Origin: Pelomyxa schiedti
Taxonomy: Eukaryota > Protista > Evosea
Assembly: GCA_020536535.1 (NCBI GenBank)
Contig: JAHLWZ010000882.1
Coordinates: 1 to 61,341, forward strand
Direction: 5' to 3'
Length of the DNA: 61,341 nucleotides
Shown here one piece after another: positions 44,885 through 58,479 of the stretch (positions are counted from its first letter, which is position 1; each line of letters starts with the position of its first letter). The position numbers and the translations under genes were made by a program. The notes under the pieces are model-generated. The model was not told the DNA's origin, ran no database searches, and was given only the letters and a program-made list of their open reading frames with translations.

Positions 44885-47800
44885 ATGGGCAAGCACCCGG
44901 GCGAGTCAACGAGGAGTGCGACCCCCCCGCTGGTCAAAGAAGAGACCCCAAAACCCGCACCCCACCACCACCATCACATCCCCCACCCTCATCCTGAGGG
45001 CGAATTTCCAACCCCCGGTTCTCCTCAAATACTCAAAAAATTCCCCTTCAGCTGCATTGTGGGTGTGGTTTCTGTCTCGTTGGGGCACGTGCGGGTACTG
45101 CTGTGCTCCTTATGGGAAGACCCTAGACCCTTTCGCTGATCGTGAGAAAGATCGGATACTAACGATGGCGTGTCGGTTTCACGTAGATCTTACGTGTTGT
45201 GTGGGTAGCGAGTGTTCCCAACGACTGGTGGCTTGTGGTTGTTCGTGTAGGTGCGGGGATCTAGATCGCGCCTGCACTTGCGCGTGTACGGACAAGTGGA
45301 AAGGCGTTGTTGTAATCTGCACGCACTCGCGCACTGTTGCTTGTACTACTAGTAGTAGTACCGCATTTTGTGGCGAAGGGGGCTGCGCTGGCAATCTAAC
45401 GTGGCGCGATTTGGTGCATATTATCGCTACGGGCGAAAGCAAGGTGGTGAGAGAGAATATAGCGAATTTCACGCGGCCGTTTTTGTTGCGTGCACCTGAT
45501 TCTGGGGCGGGGCTAGACCTCCAATTGCATTTAGTTCAGTTGCTATTCGCCACTGTGGTGAATATTGAAAGGTACAATAGAAATCCAAAGGCAGGGGGAC
45601 TGACACTTTTTTTTTTTTTATAAAGCTTCCCTCGAAGCTGTGATACTATATGCAACCTCACAGGGGAAATGTTCGCACTGGGGGTTCCAGTGCGACTGTG
45701 TCCCGAAATGTCTGTGTCTTTCATAGAAGCTCTGGAACGGATTCTTCTCTGTCATCCATCTTCAGAAGTAACCACTTTCACCCATTGTAACTGTTCGGAG
45801 GAAAGGGTTGGGGAATACAGGAAAACCATGTTTAAAGAACGACCCCCAGACCAAGTCTTAAAAGCTTTGCTTTTGTTACTCAAGATGACATGCAAAACAC
45901 ATAAGCCTAGGTGTCACATTACGAATTTCAAAGTCATAATATTAATTTCGTAGAGTTTCTTTACTGCATGAGATCTTTTCTGGGATCTTTTCTTGGACCT
46001 TACTGTGGTCATTCTTGCTTCAGTAACTAAGCTTATGCCATATAGTCTGCCACCAAAGTATAGAAGCAAAGAAACCAAGAAAGCTGCATTTGACCTTCTT
46101 TTGGAAATGTCAAGCCACTTTTCATGTGTAGGTTTTTTTTTTTCCCCCCCACAGGTAAACACATAAAGGAACTGGTGTCTCTCTTAGCAGATTTTGAAAA
46201 CCAATGTGCTCAATTGAGTGACTGGTCCATCGCCCCCAGGCAGGTTCTTTCCCAGGCAGGGTTTTCTGGATTAACTGACCTGGGTTGTACGGACTATGTT
46301 AATGCAGTCTTACAGCAACTATTTCATATCCCAAGTATCAAATTGCTTTGGGTGGGACTAATTTCATAAGATTTTCGAAGAGGAATACTTTCTATCCCTG
46401 GACTGGATGACAGCTCTGGCAGAGATTTTCTTTATCAACTCCAAGTATTATATACAAGACTTCAGTATAGCCTAGCTTCACACCAGGACACAAAGCCATT
46501 TTTTTCTACGTTGCTGGTAGATTCTAAGCTCCCTCAAATGCACTACCCTGTAATAGGACCACACGGGGACTCCTCTGAATCCACTTATTCAAATAGATGC
46601 TGATGAATTCTTTGTCACTCTACTAGATAGATTGGATTCGCAATTAAAGCCTCTTCCAACTCACGTCTGTAAATTAACACACTTCCAATTTCTAACCACT
46701 TAAAGTCTCACTTTATTTCCCAAATTTTTGGAGGAGTTTTGCGTTCTCAAATAATTTCTCGAAGTTGCCCTCATGTGTTCGACCGTGAGGAGGATTTTTA
46801 CTCTCTCAGTGTGGACATTACTGGTGCCCATACACTTCACGTAAGCTTGTAATCTCATAGTTGGTCTAATTGCCGTCATATTAAGGAGGCATTATCCAGC
46901 ATGACTTCAGGGGAAGTTTTAACTGGAGATAATATGTTTTGGTGCCCCAAATGCGAGAGGAAAGTCATTGCTATGAAGAGAATATTTCCGATCAAATTAC
47001 CCAGCATTCTTGTTTTTCACTTGAGGCGCATTATTTTTGATGTAATTTCTATATACCACCGAGAAGGATATTGACTTACTGTTAGTTTGACGCAATGAGA
47101 CGTGTAAAAATCACTGATAGACTTGAGTTCCCTCTGTTTCTAAACATGGGACCCTGGAGTACTGAAATTTCTCAGCCACTAGCCTCTGAAAGCAGACCCA
47201 CTCTTCCACCTTCGACGCTTAACTATGAGCTCAAGGGAGTAATCAATCACTGTGTTAGTATTGTTACTTATTGATGGCTGTTTTTAATCCTACACAGGGA
47301 GTAGCTGACTCTGGGCACCACTATTCACTACTAAAGAGCAATGTCAGTTACCTACTTTTTTTTGGAATTGCTGTGCAGGAAGAGCTAAATGTCATACAGG
47401 ATGATCCAAAGAGTTGGCTAGAGTTAAATGATTGCCTTGTAGCGCCCTTTGATATTTTCGATCTTCCTGCAAACTGTTTTGGGGGAGTTCAGCAAGTAAT
47501 GCATCAGAATAGATTAGTCACTGTACCTGCACACACAAGTGCCTGCATGCTTTTTTACCAGCAAGTGTCCCCGCCAGTCCAGTGCACATCAAACCACTCT
47601 TGGGAAAACGAGGGGACACAATCTCTAATAGCAAATTTGGCCGAGGAGAATTGCCGACTCTCTTTAAAAACCCATTTTACTCCTGACTTCTTGCAGTTTT
47701 TATGGGACTTCGCACAAACCCTTTCTACAAAATGTTTAGGTACTTTTGTTTTACTTAACTTGATAAAACCTGACAAGGCATTCAGCAAGTCAATGGCTTG

Positions 47801-49016
47801 CCAATTCCTTCCAGTGCTGCTTCTTTCTTTGTTCTAGGGCTGATGACAGAGCCCTATTTGACAAATGGGTGGAAAACCTGAAGAGAAGCCTTGAGACTGA
47901 TATGAGGGTATTCCAAATTTGTGGCTCTCTCTAATCTGAAAAGTTACCGCCAATACTGGTAACATTATTTAGTGAAAGTGCTATACAGCGGCTGCTTTTC
48001 CAATGCAAATCTGGACCTACAAGAAGTGCTGCAATGGAATTAATTCTTCTAGCTATCTCCCAAGTGAGTGTCTTCAGTACTTTTCTTCCTCACAAGCTAC
48101 AGATTCTTAAGCAAGCACCTGCCTGGGATACCGTTTTACATTCTTTGCTCGCAACCATGACGTCATTTGTAGAGTGCTTTTTTTCACTGAAGAGATTAAA
48201 CCCCTAAAGATCAGGAGTGATGATCCCGACAGAGTGTATTTCCCAGAGTTTTTCCTTATCTTTTTTCATTATGCAAAGAAAGGCTTCCATCCAGTTATCA
48301 GTGCAGTGTTTATCTAACATAATTTAATATCCTCTCAGAAATCGGAATTAGTTTCACTATTATTTATCAGTCGTTGTGTGGAACTTCTAACACAACCAAT
48401 GTCGAAACTCTCCCGAGAGGTAGAGGTGACTTTCCACAATCTTCCCTTTTAATATTCCATCCTCAAGTGCGATATAGCTATTATTCGTACAGTGACCATA
48501 TTAGTCGGGTCCAGAAGCACCCGTTCATGTGAAGGCTCACCACTACGCATTCCCTCTCACGAGCTCAGTGCCCTGGCAAACAATGTTAGGATCCCCTGAA
48601 TGGAAAAACCTCTCATTCAAATATCTCAGGCATTGTGGACAAACTTTTTCCGCCTCGGTTTTGCACTTCAAGAATATTTGACTCCTCTGTGTGAAGCGAT
48701 GTGCCACGAAGATCAATCCCTTTCTGAATACTTTATTTCCCTTTTCTCTGTGGTTCAAACCGATCCTGACGCTCTTCCGACTCTGGACTCTATTTACCCC
48801 TTCATTCTCTCTTTTCTCAACATATCCGACAGCCTTTCCTCCTTCCGTTGTCAGTGCCTCGTTGCGGCATACGAGAACCTCCTGAAGCTTCACCCCTGGC
48901 GTCGGAGGATCGCTAATACAATCAAATACTTGCACTCAAGACACCCCGCCTTCGAGCTGGCTGCAGACTCGAGCCCCGTAATCCAAGCACTCTTTACCTC
49001 CAAATCAACACACTAG
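44885..49016 (+). CDS. Ubiquitin-specific protease-fold protein (USP9X/24/34-like), catalytic Cys replaced by Asp; many exons, start uncertain
   Basis: GLTDLGCTDYVNAVLQQLFHIP (Cys box), QIDADEFFVTLLD, IFGGVLRSQI, WCPKC, LPSILVFHLRR, RLEFPLFLNM, YELKGVINH, DSGHHYSLL (His box), WLELND..NCFGG. Confidence 0.85.
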
Positions 49017-49175
49017 CACCAAATGATGACGATTCCAACAAGAAAACCCACATCGGCCTCTTATTCAACTGTATTTTCCTATCTCACTACTCCTGGCAAA
49101 CTATTCTCGTCTATCAGCAGGACCCCCTCGTGAATTTGAATCACAGCACGTTTTCCCCGAAAAGAAAAACTTCGA

Positions 49176-52100
49176 ATGGACGGTGGACAAAGACCGAGGA
49201 GTGGCGACCCCACGGGTTGGGGAGCCGAGGCTGTCTCTTCTTATTCGTGCCAATCCCAATCCCAGTCCCAGTCCCAGCCTCCCCCGCCCCAGACCCAACA
49301 ACAGTCGCTCGAGTCCATATTCAACGAGATTGCCTCCAAGAGGAAGCAACAACAGCAGCAGCAACAGCCCAATGCAAACGAGACATTCCGCGTCACCCAC
49401 TACTCCAAGCCCCAAATGTCGCAGTCCAACGTGCCGACAGCCGCGCTCCTGTCGATGACCCAGCAACCCGTAGTACTCCCCACGCACCCGTCGTCATCGT
49501 CATCGTCCTCGGCCTCGGGCTCGGGCTTCAGCGCCACGTCGGCAGCGCCCCAGCGCGCGTCGCTTGGGGCGGCGACGAGGGCGCCGACGCCCATCACAGC
49601 CACGGCCGTCGGCCCGACGCCGACGCAGCAGATCGCCGACGCCGCGATGATGCACCACACCATGGGCTCCTTCTCGGCCCCCAAGTTGCCCGGCGCCGCA
49701 GTTGCTCACCCCGCAGTTGCAGTGACGTCATCGTCGAACGTTGGCTGTGCAACTGCGAGTGTCGGCGTTTCTGCTTCGAGTAGGGTCAATCCGCCCCCGC
49801 AGCAGCAGATACCTCGTAATGTTGTGTCTCGCAATGTGGCTGATTCAGGCGTTGAAAGCGCAACAATGCGGAGTTCACATGTGCCACTGACACAGGGTAC
49901 TCAAGTGCTTCAAGGTGGTGCAGTTCGGCAAAATCAAAGTCAACAGCTTCCAGGTGGTGGGGCTTTGCAGCCCTGCGTACAGGCTCAGACGCGTCTGTCT
50001 CTACCTCCTGCACCAATGGTGCCTCCGCCACCTCCTCCAATAACCCATACCTCGGCTGCGGCCGCTATACTCGAGATTGTAAAGTCCCAGATTCAGTCGC
50101 AGCCAAGCACTTCTTTCAAGTCGACAATTGAGCCTCCAGTCTCACAGCAGGCACCTACACAGGTTCCTCTACCAGAACAATCTTCTTTGAAGCAAGCACC
50201 AGTACAAACATCGAAACAAGCGCACACCACACAGCAAAGTGCTGCAGAAAACCACCCACACAGGTCCCAGCCCCTGACAAAGGAGGTACCCTTATTGCCA
50301 AAAACCCAACAGCTCAGTGCACGAGTTGAACCATGTGTTAGGACACAACCCTTGCAATCACAACAAGTAAGTCAACCACCCCCCAGACCCCAACTGCCAA
50401 CAGACAACAAACTATCCAAACCTGCACCAACTAAGGATACAAGAATATCTGAACAAGTGATAAATATCAGAAAGACAACAGAGGCCCAAACAAAGCAACC
50501 TGAAATCAGTGAACAAACTTCTCTTCAGGTGAATGAGAGTGAATATGAAAACGGAAATGATACTGAGGATGAGGAATTGGATAATGACAAAGGCCAATCA
50601 GATCATGAGGCAGAGATACTGGAATGTGGAATTGATCAACCTTTCAAACGAGCAACTCTTGCAACACCCACTTACCCTTTGAAGAGTGAATTACTCAATA
50701 CACGTGCTGGTGCCCTTGAAACAAACGAGACTGGGCAAGATAAGGAAAGCCAAAGAATCACAGTATTTGTGAGGTTTTTCCCTCCGTTTCTTTTGTGTCA
50801 TAACACCCGGAAAGAGTCCGACCACCCAACCCCCAAGAAATTCAATCGGGGTCTTCCATGACAGTTGAAGTAATTGATGCCAACACCCTCTGGTTTGATC
50901 GTGAACCAGCACCAGAGCCATCAGACCCAAGAGCCGGTCTTACAAGCCACCGGTTTAAGAACAAGATGTTTGTGTTTGATAGGGTTTGTGAACAAATATT
51001 ACCTTTCCAGTGACAGCTTTAGGTTTTTGGAGCGTCATCAACACAGGAAGATGTATACCGAGTGGCTACTAAGGGAATCATTGATTCTATTCTTGACGGA
51101 TTCAATGCAACTGTTTTTGCCTACGGTAAGGAGAACAATTCCGAAATTTGTTTGAAATTGAGGGGGGAAAACTGGAAACCCTACTAAAGACGCCTTCCAG
51201 GTGCAACTGGTATTTTCCCAGCAGCATACAAACTTGAAATTGTCAACTCCACACAACACTTTCTCTTATGAAGTCCCGAATGGGATTTATTTTTTCTATG
51301 AATTGTGCTCAAAGAGTACTTAAAGCCACAAAGGTTCTGGGAAGACTCACACAATGATTGGAAATCCTCAGTATGGACCAGGAGTGATGGGTCTGGCAAT
51401 GAGGGAATTGTTTGAAAAAATTTCAACTGACAAAGGACACCTATGTAATGTCAGTGTACTGTGCATTGAGGTATACAATGAGAAAATACGGTAAACTTAC
51501 TGTAATTTATTAACATCTCTAATCATTTCTAATCAGTCATGACATAGGGATCTCTTTTCGCGAGATTCACCACCAATTGCACTACATGAATCGGACAAGA
51601 AAGTTTTTCTCACTGGTGTAACAAATAAGAAACCTCAAACTTGGGAAGAGGTCATCAACTGAAAATAGAAACTTGGTCTAATGAAAGCAGGTGCATGAAA
51701 TGCTTCAACTTGCAAATAAGAATAGAACCCAACATCCAACTGATGCGAATGCCGAGTCGTCACGTAGTCACGCAGTCTTCCAGGTTAAAGTTTACTCTTT
51801 TACAAGCTGTGATAACAGCAAACAAAAAAAGATTATTGTAGAACGAAAAGATGTTGCTGATCAAACTGTGACCTCAGGAAAACTCTCCCTTATAGATTTA
51901 GCTGGTTCAGAGAGAGCCACAAGCACTATGGTACTTTAAACAGTAACCTCCCGGGTGCTGCAGTGATATTTTTATGATCCCAATTTTGGCATAGAATCGC
52001 ACTGAAAGGCGAAAAGAAGGAGCAGCCATTAACAAGTCACTACTTGCACTTGCGAACTGTATCAACGCTTTAGGCAATCCCAAGTATAGAAAGGGTGACC

Positions 52101-53904
52101 ACATCCCCTATCGTGACAGTAAAGTAAGCAAAGCATTCCTCCCAAACCCATACTTTCAGCTTACTATTCCTTCTAGCTTACTCGCCTGCTTAAGGTTTTT
52201 TCCTCCTCTCCTGTTCTCTCTTTCCCTACCAACTTTAAGGATTCACTTGGAGGAAATTGCCGCACAGTCATGATAGCTAATGTTAGTCCGGCAAGTAGAT
52301 CTATAGAAGACAGTTTCAATACATTGGAATACGCAAAAAGAACAAAAGAGATCAAAGTCCAGGTTACAATCGTCCATCTGTTCTAAATTAATAAATTGCA
52401 CAAAACCAAGGTCTCCAGGACAATACTTGCACCAAAGTTAAGCCCCCGCCAGTATCAAATGATGGTTGATGACCTCAGTGAACAACTGAGAAAAGCGAAA
52501 TTGCACTCACAACATCTTGAGCAGCGATTAGAAGGTTGTTTCCAATCTCTCTCTTTACTTGGTAATCCTGTGTAGGTAGTAGAATGGCGAAGTACGAAGA
52601 TCCTCCTCGAACTTCAGCAACAGATCTGTTAGTAAAAAAATTACAAGATGCACTTGCCAAGTGCACGTCCACCAACCACCAACTCACATCATCAATTACA
52701 ACCGAGTTGTCTTCTTGGCGAACTATCACTGCCACTGACCCCTCTTCTCAAAGTGAAGATACCTCTACAATCCCTTCAAATGATGCCCTACTCCAAGTTC
52801 ACCAGATTTATGATGTATGCACTCAATTGATCAACCAGGCGCAAGAACAAGGTACCTACCCCATGAATTGTAAGTTTTCTTACACTTTCAGGCATGGAAT
52901 TGTGTCAACTTGCTGAAGCTGCACACTCTTTGTCATGCCAGAAACCTACCCTGCCGCTAGGTTTGTGGGACGACTTGGAAAAATATTACCTGTCTGAAAT
53001 CTGTAAACAACACCTCAACTGCAGCACACTTGCGGCAGTAGCACGGTACCTGTTACATACAGCCAAAGGTCTGCCTACGGTTTTTTATGTGTAGTTAAGT
53101 TTCATCCTAGACCACAGTTGGATAACATTCGATCTTGAGAAGGTTATTTTGGGGATGCTAACAGTATCATCCTCTGAGGAATTAGATTTTCAACCAGTGA
53201 AACTCTATGACTTGATGGATCCCACAGAACCACCTTCTTCCCTTGCCCCAAGTGCAAACGAAGTTGAAGTCCCAATACAACGAGAGCCTATGTCACCCTC
53301 CTCACCTTCAAGGAGGATGGGTAGCAAGAACTTTTTTCACCATGACAAGCAGAGACAAAGTACTCACAAATCCAGATTTTCTCCAGCAAAGCGTGTCAAA
53401 TTTGTTGCAGTGACAACCACAGCATCACACCAACAAAAGCTAAGTACTGAGCCAAATCAACCTCCAACAACTACCACAGCCACCACAACACAAAAGCCAA
53501 TCAATGCAAAACTGACCGGGATTTCAACAAGAAATCCGGTATCCAACCAAGCACCGACACTTGTCAAACCTTCAACACTTGCAGCAGCAACAGCAATTAT
53601 TACTTCGTGTTCCGCCGCTGCTCCAACAAAAGATACACACAGTCTCCATGCAGCCGGCCTTCCCACTAGACCTTATCCTGTACAAATACCGCAACAACCA
53701 ATAACCGCAACAATTCAACAACCAGCCATCCTCGCCCTCATCCACTCAAAGAAACGATTCTCTTGTCCCCAGAGTTCCATCCGAGTCCCTCGGGTATGCA
53801 CTCACAATAATGCTTCACTTCCAAACTTACACTCAACACAGAAAGAAAAATTACGGTCTCTAAGTGAACTGACAATGAACAAATCCCGAGCCAAGTGGCA
53901 CTGA
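49176..53904 (+). CDS. Kinesin-8-like motor (KIF18/KIF19/Kip3 group) with a long N-terminal low-complexity extension, multi-exon
   Basis: [107 protein letters not shown]. Confidence 0.9.
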
Positions 53905-54091
53905 GAATTATTCATCATATCTTCTTGCCTGAATTACAACAAAAAAAAAAAGAAAAAGAAAAACAAGTTCGTATTAGGCACAAGGCCATAGCTACAGAAT
54001 AATTTTAAAAAAACATTTGAGGAGAAATTAAGCGGAGAGAATGGGTGGATGTTTGTGGGTGCCAAGGTGTGTTGGTGGGTGATGTGCCTGA

Positions 54092-57000
54092 TCAGTGTTC
54101 CCATAAGTCGATCTCCTTGAGCAGCACGGAGCACATATCACTGTACAGAGCCAGGTCGCCAGACACATACCTAAAGAACACCTGAGAAGCCCCAGGCGGC
54201 GTCGCCCTGTGCGACCGAGGGGACGATGTTGGCGTCGGGGGTGGCGACCCACATCTGGGTGACATCTGTCCGGGCTGTTGCTGTGCTGGTACTTGAAGAT
54301 ACTGTGTTGTTTGCTGTGGGGACTGCTGTTGTTGTGGTGATTGCTGTTGCTGCTGGTTGTTGTTGTTGTTGCTGTTGCTGCTGCTGTTGCTATTGTTGGT
54401 GGTGTTGGCGTTGTTGATGTTTGGTGGGGTGTCAGAGGGTCTTGGTGATGTGGGTGGTTTGACAATTTCGACTACGAAATCAACGCTGGAGGTTCCTGGG
54501 TGGGAGAAAATAAGTGAGATAAATTAAATTGGAAATACAGGAGAGATATATTTAAAGAAGGGAAGGGGCTCTCCACACACCCTCCAGTGTGCTGTAGCTT
54601 CCTGTCATCATTTCGCCAGAGGAGACAGAGCACCTTATGCCAAGGGATTCAAGATACCTCTCAAGCTCCGCAATGATGTCCAGGGTCCGTTTGTTGCTGA
54701 GGAACTGCATGACCTTCTGCTGCCTTGCTCCGCTTTGGAAGATACTTGACACAAAGGAGCGGTGGGCTGGGCTGTGTTTGTTTGTTTTCGGATTAGAACA
54801 GAAATATTAGGTTAAAAGACTTTAATGTACGAAGTCACACCTGGATGCTATGATGGGCGAATCACATGAGGCATGGTCACTTTCCAGGGTTGTTCGCTTG
54901 ATGCACTTGTTGAGATTGCAAGGACTTTGGGGAGGTGATGAGGGTGCTGTACTGGGAATCAATGGAGAACCTGGGGCGGAAACTGGGGTAGTATTGCTGC
55001 CATTCCTTCCTGGTGACAAAGGAGGGCAAGTTGGAAGAAGGTAATGCTGCAAATGGCGAGGAGATATCTGAGAGGACCGAGAACTGGGAGGGGATCCAGG
55101 AATGACCGAAAGTGGTGGGTGGACTTGAGTTGGGGAGGCAATGGGCATAGGGGGAGGTGCAGGGTGGAATTGGGGCGAGGTAGAAAACACGGAGGTGGAG
55201 AACGGAGTGGCTGTTGTGGACAGGTGTGAGGATGTTGCCGGCTGGTTCGTGGGGTGAACTTGTGTGTGGATGTGTACTGAGGCAGCGAGGCAGGATAAGG
55301 GCGGAGATGGAGGCGGAGTGGTACTGGGTGGTATTGTGTTGGTGGTACTGGTATTTGTGCTGGAAATACAGGCGAATGGGTGCGCGGATGATAGAGGCGG
55401 AGTGTTGCTTGAACTGAAATGCTCTGGAGTAATATTACAGAGTAAGGTTCTACGATATGTTGAAGCAGATTGCGGAGAAAGTTGCATTTCCCGTGGGGAA
55501 GTGTTGAAGGGTGCTAATTTGGGCACTGTAAGTTGTTGTACAATTCCTGGTGATGTTTCGTTGGATGTAGTAGCGGAAGAGTCAGAAAGTGGTGAGCGGG
55601 GGGAGGTAGACATATTAATATTTGGTACAATTGTGCTTGGTGTAACTGAGGGAGTTATTGGAGACCTTGGGGTCCCTGGCGTGGCAAATGAAGAGGAGCT
55701 TGATGTGTGATGAAAATTGTGTGAAGTGGGAGATAGTACAGTGTGTGAGGTTGGAGATAGTAGGCTGTGCGGAGACACATCGTTTGGAGATGTGGGTGAC
55801 AACAGCGATGGCTGTTGGTGAGAAAGAACAGGGAATTGAAGAGTTGGGATATGGACAACTGGTTTCGGTCTAGCAGAAAGAGGAGTAGATGGTTCCACAA
55901 TGGTAGAGGAGGCACTATGACGACTCTCTGGAGGTGATAGTACACTGACTCTGGAATTCGGAGGAGGTGGAGATGAACTACAAAGACAGTTGGTATTGTC
56001 CACTCGGGGAAAACCCGGTTTGCTTGTTTTATCTGACGCTTTGCTAGGACGGAGTGAGTGTGGTATTGAGATTTTGAGTGGAAATGGTACAAATTCGGGG
56101 CCTCGCCATTACTAAGTGATCGCGATCTTAGTCCTGGTGTCGGAACCATTCTTTGATGGTCTAAGTGGAAAAAAGAAAGAAGGATAAGATACGGCGATGC
56201 TGCAACTGGATTGTGCTTTCTGTATAGCAGTACTTTATAGCAAGCGCGTTGCTGATTACCCCTATGTTTCGAGGTGATGATTTATTTAACACAATATCTA
56301 CAGTACTGTTTCGACAGCAGGCACTGAGTAATGGTCTCCTTTGTTCCAAGGCCTAACGACTCAAGGGTAACTACGATTTCTTTATCTATCTCCCGGAGTG
56401 GAATAGGATAACCCTTTTGAGAGTAAGGTTTAAGCAAGTAGTATAAACACAAAGGATACCTCATCACATATATCATCATAGGGCTGGCAATACATTAAGG
56501 CTAAGTTTGACTGAAACCATGGGTGCGCTTTAATCCCTTTAATGGAAATACGTTGTGTCGGCTCCACGACAAGTATTTTCTGAATCAAATCTTTGATATC
56601 CCGGTGCACAAATGGTGGAATCGAATAGGTTCCGTCTTTGACCTGTTTTCGGTCCGTGTTTGTTTTTGGTGCACATGCGAAGGAAATACCTTTCTTAGCA
56701 CTACTCTTATGTTGTTTGTCTCATCGTCAAATGGAAGTCTTCCCTAATGTGCCATTAGTACTCATCAAAGTGAGAATAGGTGCCCACAGTTACTAAAGCA
56801 AACAAGATTACTCCACAGCTATAGAATAAAGTTACTGGAGAAGGAAAAAGTTTTCACTAGAGGAGCACACCTCCAAATATCAGCAGGCCTTCCTTCATAA
56901 CTAATTCCCTGGAAGGGAATAAGATAAGAGAGAAAATTCAAAATATTCTCACCTTGACAACTTCTGGGCAGGCATAGTGCGGAGACCTATTTCAATTAAA

Positions 57001-57902
57001 ACGAGGGATGATGACGTTTTACCCACCCACAACTAGAGCTTAACAGGGATCCTTCTCGCATGGCTGTTGCCATTCCTAGAAAATCAAGTAAGATACCTAG
57101 GAGCGCGCGAATGAAATTTCCATACCAAAGTCAGCAATCTTTAACTGGAGGTTGGAATCCAGAAGTAGCTATTCAGGTGTAAGGTAGAGAGTATGAAAAG
57201 TAATCAGTAAACTCACATTTTCTGGTTTTAAATCCCGATGGCTGAAGTTTGATCAGTTGGATTTAACTGGAGTGTAAATATTTGTTTATACCAGATGCAA
57301 TGCGAATGGCAGTAATCAATTCCATGTATCAGCTGTTGGAATAGCCTCAATGTATCTCCCTCGCCTAAAGTCCCTCTTTTTACAATGTAGTCAAAGAGTT
57401 CTCCCCCTGGAGCGTATTCTGTGACCAAAAATCTGTTGTGTAAAATTACACACTTAATAACAGAAACAAAGGGGAAAAAAAAAAAGAATTTGAAGCCATA
57501 CAAATATGTCGAGTTCTCAAATACTTCATACAACTTGAGGACATGTGGGTGGTCCAAAATCCTCAGTGACGCAATCTCTCTCTCCAGTTTCTTGAGAATT
57601 TGTACATCCTCCAATATCCCCTTCTTCACAATTTTTATTGCTACCTTCGACCCACTGTACAGTTATGTGGGAAATCTATTGGTACTTCGTAGATAAGCAT
57701 ACTTGTCTTTGTGAAAGCCAAGTTTCACCTTCCCTAGTGCACAAAGTCATATCGAGAATAATAATAATAATAAAAAACGCAAACGCCATCCCTACTACAA
57801 CCAATAAAACAAAAGAAACAAAACAATATCTCTACCTGTGGCGCCCTCGCCAAGGTTCTTGTCCAATATAAAAGGACCAACAGCTCTCATTACGTCGGTC
57901 AT
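54092..57902 (-). CDS. BRSK/SAD-type (AMPK-related) Ser/Thr kinase with UBA-like region, S/P-rich linker and KA1-like C-terminus, multi-exon
   Basis: VGPFILDKNLGEGATG, VAIKIV, EYAPGGELFDYIV, HRDLKPEN, KIADFG, SCG-SPHYACPEV, LPFDD, HPWF. C-terminus FRYVSGDLALYSDMC..L. Confidence 0.9.
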
Positions 57903-58479
57903 TTCTGTTGGCAACAGTCAGGTCACACTGTCTTACAGTTCACAATTGCCCAGAGAAACAAACAACTCCTCAGTGCCAACAATGATCTTTCCTTCTTGTT
58001 TTTTTTTGTTTTGTTTAGTTCCCTCACTGTGTGGGAACCACTTGGTTATTATTTTATTTTTTCGTGTTTAGTTTCGAAGCTTAAAAACCTGTTTTTTTTT
58101 CATTGGTTGATGTTTTTCGCGGTAATAATCAACCCAGCGGTTAGATGTGCCTAACCGCTAAACCGCGTCCACGAAACGTCCATTTTCACCGTTTCACATT
58201 CGCATTTCCGCGTTCTTGGCCCTGACTGTCACTACAGCAAACTTTGGTAAAGACGGCCTGGAGTTCCTTATTTGGAATTGCGTACGCCAGTATTGCAACC
58301 CGGTTGGTGCCTTGTTCTTTCTATTGATTTGGTAGTCTCCCTTGTGGTGTGACGAATTGGCTGTTGGCAAATTGAGCTCTTGAAGCTGGATGCAAACACA
58401 CTAAATGTGGTGACCTTGAAAGAAAGATTTCTAAGTGCATTTATAATAAGTAAGCCAAAGGTATTAAAATACAACTGTC

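Noticed and set aside
44814-45623. 269-aa Cys-rich ORF, including the palindrome tactactagtagta at 45344-45357
   Set aside because: Best explained as small USP exons plus stop-free introns. The palindrome is a low-complexity triplet.
54226-54417. PolyCys ORF on the + strand
   Set aside because: Antisense reading of the Q/N/S repeat in the BRSK-type kinase tail.
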